Shown: piece after piece, positions 21,046-30,613 of the stretch
How positions within the stretch are numbered: position 1 is the first letter of the stretch
Layout: every line of letters begins with the position of its first letter
NCBI GenBank assembly: GCA_024653775.1
Contig: JANLHZ010000106.1
Span: forward strand, 1-60,377
Source of the DNA: Planctomycetota bacterium
GTDB taxonomy: Bacteria; Planctomycetota; UBA8742; JACQVU01; JANLHZ01
Direction: 5' to 3'
DNA length: 60,377 bases
Translations under genes and position numbers: made by a program
Notes under the pieces: model-generated
The model's input: only the letters and a program-made list of their open reading frames with translations
Told to the model about the DNA's origin: nothing
Database searches by the model: none

Positions 21046-21066
21046 AGTGTTACGACTCGTGACACT
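21046..21066. promoter_or_regulatory. Candidate operator palindrome upstream of the small HTH gene
   Basis: AGTGTTACGA-C-TCGTGACACT (9/10 inverted match) in an AT-rich intergenic region. Confidence 0.35.
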
Positions 21067-21167
21067 ATTGTATATGTCAGCTATTATTAATATTATGTAA
21101 TACTTACAGGGCAGATGGCAATAAAATCAGGTGAGCACCAACCAAGGCTTATTAATAAGGAGTACAG

Positions 21168-21551
21168 ATGAAACCTAATTTCAATTTTTCCGCACCACGG
21201 GACATTGTGAAGCATCTCTCCGAGGAACTTCCCAAAATCGGGCTTCCAGGATCGATCGTCTTCATCGCGAAGTTGCTCGGAGTCTATACCACGACCGTAT
21301 CAAACTGGCTGATCAACTTCCACACGCCGAACAAGCGGCACACAGAGCGAATCGGGATTCTGATCAGGCTGGTCGAGATGGCAAAGAACGAAAACGCTGA
21401 CGCGTATTACACAATCCAGAAAATGGCGGCCAAAGATGCGCCGCAGGTGCTCGTCCTCGGGAGAGTCGGATTCATGGCGGTCACCGGACTTTCCTGGGCG
21501 CTACCGTTCTTCGAGGACGAATCGAATTTCGGAACGCAAAATCAATCCTGA
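21168..21551 (+). CDS. Small putative HTH DNA-binding protein
   Basis: AAGGAG RBS; IAKLLGVYTTTVSNW resembles an XRE-type HTH. Confidence 0.65.
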   Translation: MKPNFNFSAPRDIVKHLSEELPKIGLPGSIVFIAKLLGVYTTTVSNWLINFHTPNKRHTERIGILIRLVEMAKNENADAYYTIQKMAAKDAPQVLVLGRVGFMAVTGLSWALPFFEDESNFGTQNQS

Positions 21552-22588
21552 ACCTTGTTCGCGGGATCGCATTCGTATCGTGCAAGTGCTTTCTGGACGC
21601 TAGACTCGACCCCTTCCCGGAACCCCGAAGGTTCAACTACCTTGAATCGCGTTCCGAACCCGAGGAGGTACTGTTTCAGAGCCGCGGGGTTGTTGACTGC
21701 GAACGCCAATCTTTCGAATCCGTCGGAGGCGCCTTCGATGACCCGCACGTCGTCGAATTCCCGCCTGATCATCCAGCAGACGGTCTTATCGACATCGACG
21801 ATGACTTCGCCCTGCCCTCCTGTTCCGATCCGCCAGGGGGCGCGTCCAATGTGTTCGCGGATGTCGAAACTTGCCGGGATGTCGTAGCTTCCGGCATTTC
21901 CCTCCGGATCGAGCGCAACGTCGCCCTCGATTCGTTCGACGTTGAACATCCTGACGCCGTCCGCGACGTGGTCGTAGCCGACAACGTACCATGAGCCGCG
22001 AAAACCGCCGACGCCGTAGATGTCTAGCTTTCTTCGTTTCGCGTCCGAGTTCGAACCGCTCCGGTAATCGAAAGCGATCGTTGAACGATCGAAAAGCGCG
22101 TTCAGCACTGTTTCAAGCTCGGTCAGATGCTTTGGCTCGTAGACGTCCACTGTGCTCTCCGGCGAGATGGCGCCCTGCGTCGGTCCGATCTCTTCCGCCA
22201 TCGGATGATCGTGGCAGAGTTTCGTCACCGCGGAGCCGACGAGTTCCGAAAGAGTCCGCGGCAGAGTGGATGAGGTCGAGCGAACGAGTTCGAGCAGCGC
22301 GAATTCTTCGGACGTGAGATTCAGCTTCGGCATCACCGCCGAGTCCTTTCGCAGTCTGTATCCCGATTGTCCCCAGCCGTCTTCTTCAACGTATTCGAAG
22401 ACGAATCCGAGTTCTTCCAAATCCTTGCGGTCCCGCTGCCAGCGCTTTTCGATGTTCGCGGGAGAGAGGCTTTCGTCGTATCCCTCGATCTTGCCGACAA
22501 GATTCGATAGCGGCTCGACCACCCGCGAATTAAGGAAGTACGCGACGAGGTTCATCAGTCTTTCGATTTTCGACACTTCCTTAGACAT
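21542..22588 (-). CDS. WYL-domain transcriptional regulator (PafB-like)
   Basis: N-terminal ERLMNLV...RWQRDRKDLEELG wHTH; WYVVGYD...RMFNVERI WYL motif; WCX-like C-terminus. Confidence 0.88.
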   Translation of the reverse strand: MSKEVSKIERLMNLVAYFLNSRVVEPLSNLVGKIEGYDESLSPANIEKRWQRDRKDLEELGFVFEYVEEDGWGQSGYRLRKDSAVMPKLNLTSEEFALLELVRSTSSTLPRTLSELVGSAVTKLCHDHPMAEEIGPTQGAISPESTVDVYEPKHLTELETVLNALFDRSTIAFDYRSGSNSDAKRRKLDIYGVGGFRGSWYVVGYDHVADGVRMFNVERIEGDVALDPEGNAGSYDIPASFDIREHIGRAPWRIGTGGQGEVIVDVDKTVCWMIRREFDDVRVIEGASDGFERLAFAVNNPAALKQYLLGFGTRFKVVEPSGFREGVESSVQKALARYECDPANKVQD

Positions 22589-22818
22589 TCGCGCGACTTC
22601 CTCGTGACATAATTCCTCTGCCTCGGCAATCTTTCCGATCGAGGCTCTAGCTCCATGTTTCGATTAGCAGGATTCAAGTTCAAGACAAATCTCGCGCTTT
22701 GGTCCGCGGAGGCGTGGAACAGTTATTCTGTCCAAAAAGAGTTTTCCAAAGACCGACGTTTTCGGGTACATTGCTGTCATCCTTGATAGCGGCAACTCGC
22801 CTTCCAAAGGGAACGTCC

Positions 22819-23985
22819 ATGATGAATGTTCGAAAGAGCGGCTCGAAAATCTCGCTGTTTTTTTTCATCGGCGTCATTTTGCTCCTTGTTTATTCGTCCA
22901 CCGCGAAACTCGAGGAAACCGAGGAAAACCTCGATCCACGACGTCAGACCGCGATCCAGGACTGGGTCGCGGACGTGACGCATCCCGAGCTCGGGCATTT
23001 CGTGATTTCGGAAGCCGACTTCCACAGGCACCTCCTTCGCAACTACGGCGTGTATTATCGAAGCAGCGTCGTCACGCCGCGAATGCTGATCCCGGAAATC
23101 ATCAACAAGCTGCCGCTTTCGCTTTTGAAGGTCGAACTTGATGTTCTTGTAAACGCGGAGCTGCTCCGCAGGGCGATGAGGAACGCTCCCGTAAACCCGG
23201 AGTTGACGGAGGAAGTCGATGAACGGATCGAAGATGACCGCAAACGGGTCGAAGAAAATTACAAGGGTCAGTTCACGCTCGAGGAAATTCTCGAACGTCA
23301 GGACGACACGCTCGAAAGCTACCGGGAGAAGCTTACAGCGACGCTTTGGCTGGAGGATATCGCTAAGAGTCAGGTGAATCCGCGCGCCCTCACCGACTTC
23401 TACAATCGTTACAAGGACTATTACCTCGGTAAGCAGGTCTACGCGGCGCAGATCTACATTCGCGCGATCGACAGATCGAAGTTTCTCGAAGAACTGCGCG
23501 ATTGGGAAAAGACACACACTATGACTCCGGAGCAGCGCACAAGGTGGTGGGAGCAGAGGGTCACGCGGGCCTGGAGAGAAGCTCAGGAGCGAATGGAAAA
23601 GGCGATTCAGGACGCCCGCAGGCTCGACTTCGCACAGGCCGCGACGCTCCATTCCGACGACGCAGCGACCGCGTCCGGCGGTGGAGTCATCGGCTACATC
23701 CGTCCGAAAGGTCAGTTCGACGACAGAATCCTTCTCGAAGCATTCAACACCGCGGAAGGCAAAATGAGCAACGTCGTCCGCACGGAATCGGGATTCCACG
23801 TTCTTTATATCTACCAGAAATACGATCCGGGCGTGAATGTGGACTTCGAACAGATCGCGGAATACGTCAGGCAGGATTTCAAAGCGGAAAAGCAGAAAGA
23901 ACACCTCGATAAGCTAAGGGATGAATCGGAAATCATCGTAAAGATTGGGCAGGTGACGCTGCCGCCCGGGGTCCCGCCGGAATAG
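22819..23985 (+). CDS. Parvulin-type peptidyl-prolyl isomerase (SurA/PrsA-like)
   Basis: N-terminal TM/signal; FAQAATLHSDD..TASGGGVIG; VRTESGFHVL. Confidence 0.85.
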   Translation: MMNVRKSGSKISLFFFIGVILLLVYSSTAKLEETEENLDPRRQTAIQDWVADVTHPELGHFVISEADFHRHLLRNYGVYYRSSVVTPRMLIPEIINKLPLSLLKVELDVLVNAELLRRAMRNAPVNPELTEEVDERIEDDRKRVEENYKGQFTLEEILERQDDTLESYREKLTATLWLEDIAKSQVNPRALTDFYNRYKDYYLGKQVYAAQIYIRAIDRSKFLEELRDWEKTHTMTPEQRTRWWEQRVTRAWREAQERMEKAIQDARRLDFAQAATLHSDDAATASGGGVIGYIRPKGQFDDRILLEAFNTAEGKMSNVVRTESGFHVLYIYQKYDPGVNVDFEQIAEYVRQDFKAEKQKEHLDKLRDESEIIVKIGQVTLPPGVPPE

Positions 23986-24023
23986 GCGATCAGGCCCCTC
24001 GCGCCGTGCCCTTCGGACGCGTA

Positions 24024-24052
24024 TGCGGACGAGGACGTCCGCGGTCCCAGGT
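24024..24052 (+). repeat. Stand-alone REP-like module GCGGACGAGGACGTCCGCGGTCCCAGG
   Basis: Matches the module inside family A copies; lies between convergent genes. Confidence 0.75.
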
Positions 24053-24067
24053 CCGACTCGCCCCTGG

Positions 24068-25498
24068 TCACCGAATCACGATATGCTGCGGACCTGAGGT
24101 CTGCGGGAGGCTGACGGAACCGAGGTAGGTCATCGGGTCGTCGGAGATGCGGTACGCGATGAACTTCGATTCCGGGAGCGTAGTGATATAAAGATATTGC
24201 CCGGAGCTGGTTTCGTGCGCGAGAAGGTATCGCGGCGCGTCCTCGATCGTCATCGGTGAGAGCGTTTCGTCTTCGATTCCAGCGACGGGATCCGACGCGG
24301 TGTAGCGGAAAATCTGGATTTTCTTGTCCGACTGGATGCCGACAAAAGCCATTGTGGTGCCGATGTTGCCGCGGAAATCGTTCACCGCCGCGAGGGACGA
24401 CGGCGCGGGTTCCGTCACGAGGGGCGTATCGAGCACGTTCAGGAAGCTCGCGGAGCTTTCGTAATTGATCGAGACGTTGTCCGAACCGATGTTCGGGACG
24501 AACACGTAATCTCCCCAGGGCGTCCCGGTCAGCGCCACCGGCTCCTGCGGCGTATCTCCCACGCTGCGATTGCTCACGACCTTGTTGTTTCCGTTATCGA
24601 GATCGAGGATGTGCATGGAGTCGCCGCGCTCGTTCGTAACGGCGTAATAATGAACGCCGCCGCTTACGAAGGCCGCGCCGCCTACAGGTCCGTCGCCGAC
24701 GCTTACGTCGCCAAGGTTCGTGATGACGTTCCCTGTGTCGATTCTGAACACGCGAACGTCGTCGTCGTTATAGTTCGGGACGACGAGTAGATCGCCCTGC
24801 GTGGAGCCGTCGACGAAATCGACGTCGGTCGGGACGTTTCCTGTGCTGACGAACTGCTCTACGTCGTGGTTCGAGAGATTGATTATCGCGATCTTTTTCG
24901 AGCCTTGCACCGCGACCGCGAGGTATTCGATCCCGCCCGCGGTGTAGCCCGCCATCCCGCGTGGGCTGAGTCCGACGTCGATGTAGTCCACCACGATCAT
25001 CGAGTTCACGTCGATGACTGCGATCAGCGTTGTCGTCCCGAGGGAGACGAACGCGCGCTCGTCCTGCTCGAAGCGATTGTCGAGCAGGAACGGTCCCATA
25101 AAAACGCTGCCGAGTTCGTTCCCCACCGGCAGAATCCGGAAGAACACGTTCACTACGCCTATGAGACCGAGGTCAGCGATACTGTCCCACACGAAGACGT
25201 GGTTCGCGCCCGCGAGGGAGGTCGCGATTCCCTGGGCGCCCTCGCTTTCGAAATGATTCTCCTCGGTCGCGGTGTTCCAGGTGACGCCGTCGAGGGAGTA
25301 CTGCGCGACGATGTGGGTGCGCTCGTCGTCCTTGTAACGGATGCGATAGACGAACCGCACGTTCCCTCGCTGGGCGGACTGTGGCTGCGTCACGACGCTT
25401 ATGAACGGCGCGATCGGATCGAGGTAGCTCTGCTCCTTCGCGCAATTCGTCGCAAGCAGAAAAAGCAGCGCGGGTAACGATAAGAGTATCTTTTTCAC
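24068..25498 (-). CDS. Lipoprotein with an Ig-like domain and a YncE/YVTN-type beta-propeller
   Basis: Signal peptide VKKILL...LATNC; repeated V-G-x-x-P blades (DVGLSPRG, STGNVPTD, SVGDGPVG, SVGDTPQE). Confidence 0.75.
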   Translation of the reverse strand: MKKILLSLPALLFLLATNCAKEQSYLDPIAPFISVVTQPQSAQRGNVRFVYRIRYKDDERTHIVAQYSLDGVTWNTATEENHFESEGAQGIATSLAGANHVFVWDSIADLGLIGVVNVFFRILPVGNELGSVFMGPFLLDNRFEQDERAFVSLGTTTLIAVIDVNSMIVVDYIDVGLSPRGMAGYTAGGIEYLAVAVQGSKKIAIINLSNHDVEQFVSTGNVPTDVDFVDGSTQGDLLVVPNYNDDDVRVFRIDTGNVITNLGDVSVGDGPVGGAAFVSGGVHYYAVTNERGDSMHILDLDNGNNKVVSNRSVGDTPQEPVALTGTPWGDYVFVPNIGSDNVSINYESSASFLNVLDTPLVTEPAPSSLAAVNDFRGNIGTTMAFVGIQSDKKIQIFRYTASDPVAGIEDETLSPMTIEDAPRYLLAHETSSGQYLYITTLPESKFIAYRISDDPMTYLGSVSLPQTSGPQHIVIR

Positions 25499-25801
25499 GG
25501 CGGCGGTTCCTTGAAAGCCTTCGCGAGTATGAACCAAAAGAACCCGCCGCGCAAGGCTTCCGTTTCGCCGCGTTCGTCCACATAGGACTCGCGAAGCAAG
25601 AAGTCGTGCATCTCGCATCTCATATTCACACCATCTTCACATCGCTCTCGGTCGCCGAATCCTCACCGGAGCTACAGCTACGACTCCGGTTTGGCTTCCT
25701 CGATCAATGCGAACCTGACGCAACTCTGAGCGCGATTTTACAAGACTTATTGCTTCGCGAGTCCTTAGTTCGATCCGCGGGTTTGGACTTTCCCCCGCGG
25801 A

Positions 25802-27601
25802 TCAGCCGTTAAAATCGAAGTAGTTGTCCCATTCGTAGTCTAGAAGACTCTTCGCCACCGGAAGCGGCGCGACCGCGCATTTCCTCGTGCTCTTCCTGCC
25901 AGTGGCTTCGTCTTCTTCCTCGCGTAAGAACACGGTCCAGGTCTTCATGTCTTTCATATCCGGAGTGAGTTTTGTCTGCTCGCTGAGCGCCTCCTCGACA
26001 AGAGCGATCTTCTCCATATCTTCGAGATCGACCATGATATTCAACTCTTCGAGTTTGCGTAGCGCGTCGTCCACCTCGAAATCGACCTTCAGCCCGGTTT
26101 CCTTCTCGACGTACCCCTCGATGTAGTCGTCGAGATCGCTTTCGGTCCATTCCTTGTGGTCCCGAAGCGTCCACATAAAGAAGTACGCAAGGAACGCCTC
26201 CTTGCACTCCTCTTCCTCCGCGCTGTCGATCACCTGCCCGAACACGCCAGCGTTGTTGTCGAGATTCAGGTAGAAAAGGTTCGAGACGAGCACGCCATGG
26301 TACTTCGTTTTCATGTTCAGGTAGTTCTTCACGCTTTTGAAAAGATAGCCGCCGAGAGCCGCGAGAATGCCGATCAGGACGCCAAGATGCAGCGATTCGT
26401 CGTCCTTCGGGATTCTAAGTCCGGGGAAGGAAGCGCCGATCTCCTGCTTCTTCTTGTCCGAAGAAGGAGTGGAAATCCGGAACACGCCGCTCTGGTCCTG
26501 GTAGTAGCCGACGACGGGGTCCGTCTCCTGCCTACGGGGTCTGTAGTATTTCCCGTCCGCATCGAGCGCGAGTCCCGTGAGAGGATCGACGAAGTAGTCG
26601 TTAATGTCGCGATCGAGGTGGTCGGGATAGATTTCTTCGCGGGCTTTCAGCTCACGGACGTCTGTCTCGCTTCCCCCGACTTTCTCGACCGACACCGATA
26701 TCGGCTCCGTGAGTTCTGGAAGGTTGTCCTTCTCGGTGAGAAGGTCTCCGGTGCTGATCGAATAGTACACCGCGTCCCCCGAAGGATGCTCCATCACGAA
26801 GTACGGCACCTCGGGAGGCGAACTCCGGAACTGAAGGAGGACGAGCGTGAGCACGACCAGCGCGGCGCCGAATTTCGCGGCGAGCGTCACGAGTCCGATA
26901 AGCATCGGCACGCTGATCTTCAGCTTGTCGATGCTTTTCATGCGGATCGTGGTGTTCGGGAAAAGCATCTCGAGGTCCGCCTTCGGGATGTTCTTGAAGA
27001 GTTTGATGTAGATGCGCTCGTGGTCCTTGCCTTCGGTCTTTGTCTTCTTCTTTCCTTCGTTTTCTCCGTGATCCTTGAATTTGATGATCATCGCGAGCCG
27101 TCCGAAGACCTCGTTCTTCGTGGCCTTTTTCCTGAAGAGACTCTTCCACGAACGGACGGTGACCTCGATCTCCTTGTTGTCCCGCGCGTAAAGCCGGAGA
27201 ACTTCGAATTCGTCGAAGTCGACCTCAAGATTGATCCCCCAACCCGCGCTCTCGTCGTCCAGCGCGACTTCGATGTCTTTCTCGGTAAGCTGCTGATAGT
27301 TGGCGCCGCTTAGAACCCTCTCGAAAGTTTCAAGAAGATCCGCCATCGCGGCTTTTCGCTCCTCCGCGGATAGCTCGTGAATGTCGATCGTGTCCGCGTC
27401 TGGATTGAAGGGATGATACTTGTTCTTGAGCGTTTCGAGGTCGTCGTGGAACTTGAAGTGGAACATACTCTGCACAAGAGTGCAAAACGCCTCGAATGAC
27501 TCGCGATCGTCTTCCTTCAGATGAGGATCGCTAAGCAGCTTTTTAACCAGATCCCCTTTTCGAATTGGAATAAAAGCTTCCCGGTCTTCGTAAACGGCCA
27601 C
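25802..27601 (-). CDS. DUF3754/TMEM143 family membrane protein with an inter-TM insertion
   Basis: REAFIP, LKNKYHPFNPD, IKLFKNIPKADLEMLFP, LDNNAGV...AEEEECKEAFLAYFF, VDFEVDDALRKL; GTG start with GGAGG RBS. Confidence 0.82.
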   Translation of the reverse strand: MAVYEDREAFIPIRKGDLVKKLLSDPHLKEDDRESFEAFCTLVQSMFHFKFHDDLETLKNKYHPFNPDADTIDIHELSAEERKAAMADLLETFERVLSGANYQQLTEKDIEVALDDESAGWGINLEVDFDEFEVLRLYARDNKEIEVTVRSWKSLFRKKATKNEVFGRLAMIIKFKDHGENEGKKKTKTEGKDHERIYIKLFKNIPKADLEMLFPNTTIRMKSIDKLKISVPMLIGLVTLAAKFGAALVVLTLVLLQFRSSPPEVPYFVMEHPSGDAVYYSISTGDLLTEKDNLPELTEPISVSVEKVGGSETDVRELKAREEIYPDHLDRDINDYFVDPLTGLALDADGKYYRPRRQETDPVVGYYQDQSGVFRISTPSSDKKKQEIGASFPGLRIPKDDESLHLGVLIGILAALGGYLFKSVKNYLNMKTKYHGVLVSNLFYLNLDNNAGVFGQVIDSAEEEECKEAFLAYFFMWTLRDHKEWTESDLDDYIEGYVEKETGLKVDFEVDDALRKLEELNIMVDLEDMEKIALVEEALSEQTKLTPDMKDMKTWTVFLREEEDEATGRKSTRKCAVAPLPVAKSLLDYEWDNYFDFNG

Positions 27602-27960
27602 CTTGTACCTCCGTCGATGAATTATCCCCAAACGCCCATTATGAGCATGATTCTCTTTCGGGACGGCGGAAATCTCAAGGACGAGCGAGAATGTTTTGGT
27701 GGAAAGTTCGGCGAACCGCTTCCCCGGCACGTTCACAAAAGCAGTTTTCGCCGAGAAATCTGTCCATACATTTTTATAAAAAACGTATGATACGTAAAGC
27801 TATATTTTCTGTGCCGATTCACAGCACTCACACTGTTTTTGAGTCAGGAGACGCTGACGCAACGGCCCGGAATTTTATCTTTGACAATTGAACAGGCCAT
27901 CGAGTCGACGTCTATTGTTCAGGTTCGTCTCCCTGAAATGTTTTTGCCTCCGGGGGTAAG

Positions 27961-28353
27961 ATGCCGAAACCTGTCCTTGAATCGCTTCTGTCGCATCTGA
28001 AACTTTCCGCGGACGGCCTGGTTCCGTCGATAATCGTCGATGACGAGTCCGGGCGAGTGCTGACGCTGTCGTACCAGAATCGCGAATCGCTCGCGCTGAC
28101 GATCGAAACGGGATACGTGCACGTCTTCCGCAGATCGAAGGGCAAGGTGATGAAGAAGGGAGTCACGTCGGGGCACACGCAGCTTGTGGTCCGGACGGAG
28201 ATCGACTGCGAAGGGAAGTCGATCGTGTTCCGCGTGAAACAACACGTCGCCGCGTGCCACAAGGGGTACTATTCGTGCTACCACACCGAGTTCGATATCC
28301 AGACAGGCGACGCGCGGATCGCCACGACGAAGGTGTTCGATGGCGAAAGCTGA
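27961..28353 (+). CDS. hisI: Phosphoribosyl-AMP cyclohydrolase
   Basis: GLVPSI, KGVTSGHTQ, DCEG, ACHKGYYSCY. Confidence 0.85.
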   Translation: MPKPVLESLLSHLKLSADGLVPSIIVDDESGRVLTLSYQNRESLALTIETGYVHVFRRSKGKVMKKGVTSGHTQLVVRTEIDCEGKSIVFRVKQHVAACHKGYYSCYHTEFDIQTGDARIATTKVFDGES

Positions 28354-28798
28354 AATCATCGTCATAGGCGTCGGAAACCCGTTTCGCGGCGACGACGCGG
28401 CTGGCCTCGCGGTAATTGACGAACTCGAACGCATCGGCGCGCCCGCGGGTGTGTCGCTACTAAAAATCACGGAGCCGACGAAGATGGTGGATGCGTTCGA
28501 AGGTGTCCGGCGAGTGATAATCGTGGATGCGTGCGTTTCGGAAAGTGGGGAAGAGCCTTTGTGGATGACGTATGATGAAATCCAGGAGGAAAATCCAGCG
28601 CTCGTATCGAGTCATACTATAGGTGCGCTACAGGCCGTCGAATTGTTCCTCGCACTTGGCAATGAGACTACGCCACAGTTCACGTTCGTCCTGATTCCGA
28701 TAGCCGGGGAACAAGGATACGGCGAAGAAATGTCCGCGCGAGCACAGCAAGCGAAAGCCTCCGCAGTCTCTCAGTTGCTACAGGAGCTGGGTGTTTAG
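28340..28798 (+). CDS. Hydrogenase maturation protease (HycI/HybD family)
   Basis: VIGVGNPFRGDDAAG, IIVDA, SSH. Confidence 0.85.
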   Translation: MAKAEIIVIGVGNPFRGDDAAGLAVIDELERIGAPAGVSLLKITEPTKMVDAFEGVRRVIIVDACVSESGEEPLWMTYDEIQEENPALVSSHTIGALQAVELFLALGNETTPQFTFVLIPIAGEQGYGEEMSARAQQAKASAVSQLLQELGV

Positions 28799-28982
28799 GA
28801 GTCGTAAAATAATAAGTTATTCAAAATCGCGCTCGGATTTGCGTCAGGTTCGTTTTGCGAGAGGAAGCCCAACCGGAGGCGTAGCTATAGTTCCGGTGAG
28901 GATTGGGCGACTGAACGCGGAGTGAATGTGGCGTGAAGATGTGATGGAGAAACGGTAGTTTATTTTGTTACGAGGAGCAACG

Positions 28983-29951
28983 TCAGAACTCCGCCCTTTC
29001 GAGAATTTCGTCGATGTGGCGTTCGAGAAGCTTTTCCTGGTCGGACAGCATCGTGAACTCGAAAAGATAGATCGTACCGCCTTTCAGAGAATAGCATCTG
29101 ACGCGAGTGAATTCGTACAGACTCGCGTACACGGGCTGGTTCAGGGCTGCTCCCCCGCTTAGCTTCCGCGGATACAGAAGTCTGAATTTAAGAAAATAGT
29201 CGTCCTCGATTCTTCTCTCCGAGTGAGACGTACTCGCGAATTCCTCCTCACGCTCGAAACCCGTCTCGATCAGCCGGGCGCATTCGCGGAGCAGCTCGAT
29301 TTCGTCTTCAAAACCCGTGATCTCCTCAGCGCTCATTATATCCGTCAGCTTATATCCGCGGAAAGTCATCTCGCCGCCGGAGGGGTGGAGAGCGGTCAGC
29401 GTCCGGGATTCGCGCGTGTCGATGAAACGGTACGGGCTCCCGCCGAGGTCGATTGCAGGTCCATCCGGGAGCGACTTCTTCGTTTCCGCGCTAGCGAACT
29501 TCTCGAGACGCCATTCGTAGCTCCAGTTTTCGGTGCCTGCGAAGTTCAGGACGTCCGTTCCCATAAGAAACAGCGGGACGAGAGCCATCACATAAAATCG
29601 AATCACGAGCCGCGGACTGTAAAAGTATGAGAAGAATATCGTCAGGATCGTAAACACGATCGCGCCGCTGAAATAAATATTATGAGCGTATACCCTCGAA
29701 AAGGCGATCAGCACTGCGGTTGCGAGCACGCCGCGGGTCATTATAAGCGTTTTACGGTCCTTCGTCGTGCCGAGAAACAAAAACAGGAACACGGCGTCGA
29801 CGAGTGCAGCCACGCCGGGGAAAATCGGATTCGCGACCTTCACGGGAGGAACGCCTTCAAGGTTACAGACCGCCCAAAACGCGCAAAGAAGGCACGAGAT
29901 CCCGAGAAGGACCGCGACGGGAATCTGTTTTCTGAATTCTGGATGCACCAA
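28983..29951 (-). CDS. Hypothetical membrane protein
   Basis: About 5 N-terminal TM helices followed by a soluble domain. Confidence 0.6.
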   Translation of the reverse strand: MVHPEFRKQIPVAVLLGISCLLCAFWAVCNLEGVPPVKVANPIFPGVAALVDAVFLFLFLGTTKDRKTLIMTRGVLATAVLIAFSRVYAHNIYFSGAIVFTILTIFFSYFYSPRLVIRFYVMALVPLFLMGTDVLNFAGTENWSYEWRLEKFASAETKKSLPDGPAIDLGGSPYRFIDTRESRTLTALHPSGGEMTFRGYKLTDIMSAEEITGFEDEIELLRECARLIETGFEREEEFASTSHSERRIEDDYFLKFRLLYPRKLSGGAALNQPVYASLYEFTRVRCYSLKGGTIYLFEFTMLSDQEKLLERHIDEILERAEF

Positions 29952-29960
29952 TTCCCGGGA

Positions 29961-30455
29961 TCACTTTTCCTGACTCTGGCGGAACTCCTTGACGTTTATG
30001 GATCTGGTGTCGGTGTGCCCGGTTTTGAGTCTTCCCTGGGTCTTAAGGATGGCATTCACTTCCTGAGGCGTCATCTTGCCGTCGCGAATGAGTATTTCGC
30101 CGATCCTTGCGCCTACACTTTCCTTGTCGATCTGCTCCGCCAGGGCGTCGTTCAGATCGTGCTCGTTTATGAAGCCGTTTATCATGCTTATCGCGCCGAA
30201 GCGAATATCGTATAGCCCGCTGCCGTTGCCTTCGCGCTGTGCTTTGACGAGTTCCCGGACCTGATCGGAAGAAAGATGCCCGAGATGCACGAGTATCTCC
30301 CCGAAGTTCATTTCGTCCGTAACTTCGAGGTGACACTGCTGGTACTCGACGGCTTCGTCCACCTGCTCCTCGTTAACAAGGCCGTCCGAAAGCGCGAGCT
30401 TACCAATGATAATATCGGTTCGCCTGCGAGTATAAGGAACCCTCTGATTCGACAT
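29961..30455 (-). CDS. Stand-alone protein of four MshEN-like (c-di-GMP-binding-type) motifs
   Basis: Four motifs (I/F)G-x-(I/L)...G-x-(V/L/I/M)...Q, e.g. RIGEILIRDGKMTPQEVNAILKTQ. Confidence 0.65.
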   Translation of the reverse strand: MSNQRVPYTRRRTDIIIGKLALSDGLVNEEQVDEAVEYQQCHLEVTDEMNFGEILVHLGHLSSDQVRELVKAQREGNGSGLYDIRFGAISMINGFINEHDLNDALAEQIDKESVGARIGEILIRDGKMTPQEVNAILKTQGRLKTGHTDTRSINVKEFRQSQEK

Positions 30456-30613
30456 AATTTCTCTCCGTTCACTACCTCATACGCAGATAGCTACTGATTA
30501 GTGAGGCGGCAGCGCCGATAATGCGGCGTTTTTTTTCATTCCCGCCAATTGCATTATACACCAAGAAAACTCTCTGACAACGCCATTCCCCGCGGGGAGG
30601 CCTTCGACCTTTT

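Noticed and set aside
27961-28798. hisI and hydrogenase protease overlap as a functional system
   Set aside because: No other his or hydrogenase genes are nearby; it looks like incidental operon shuffling
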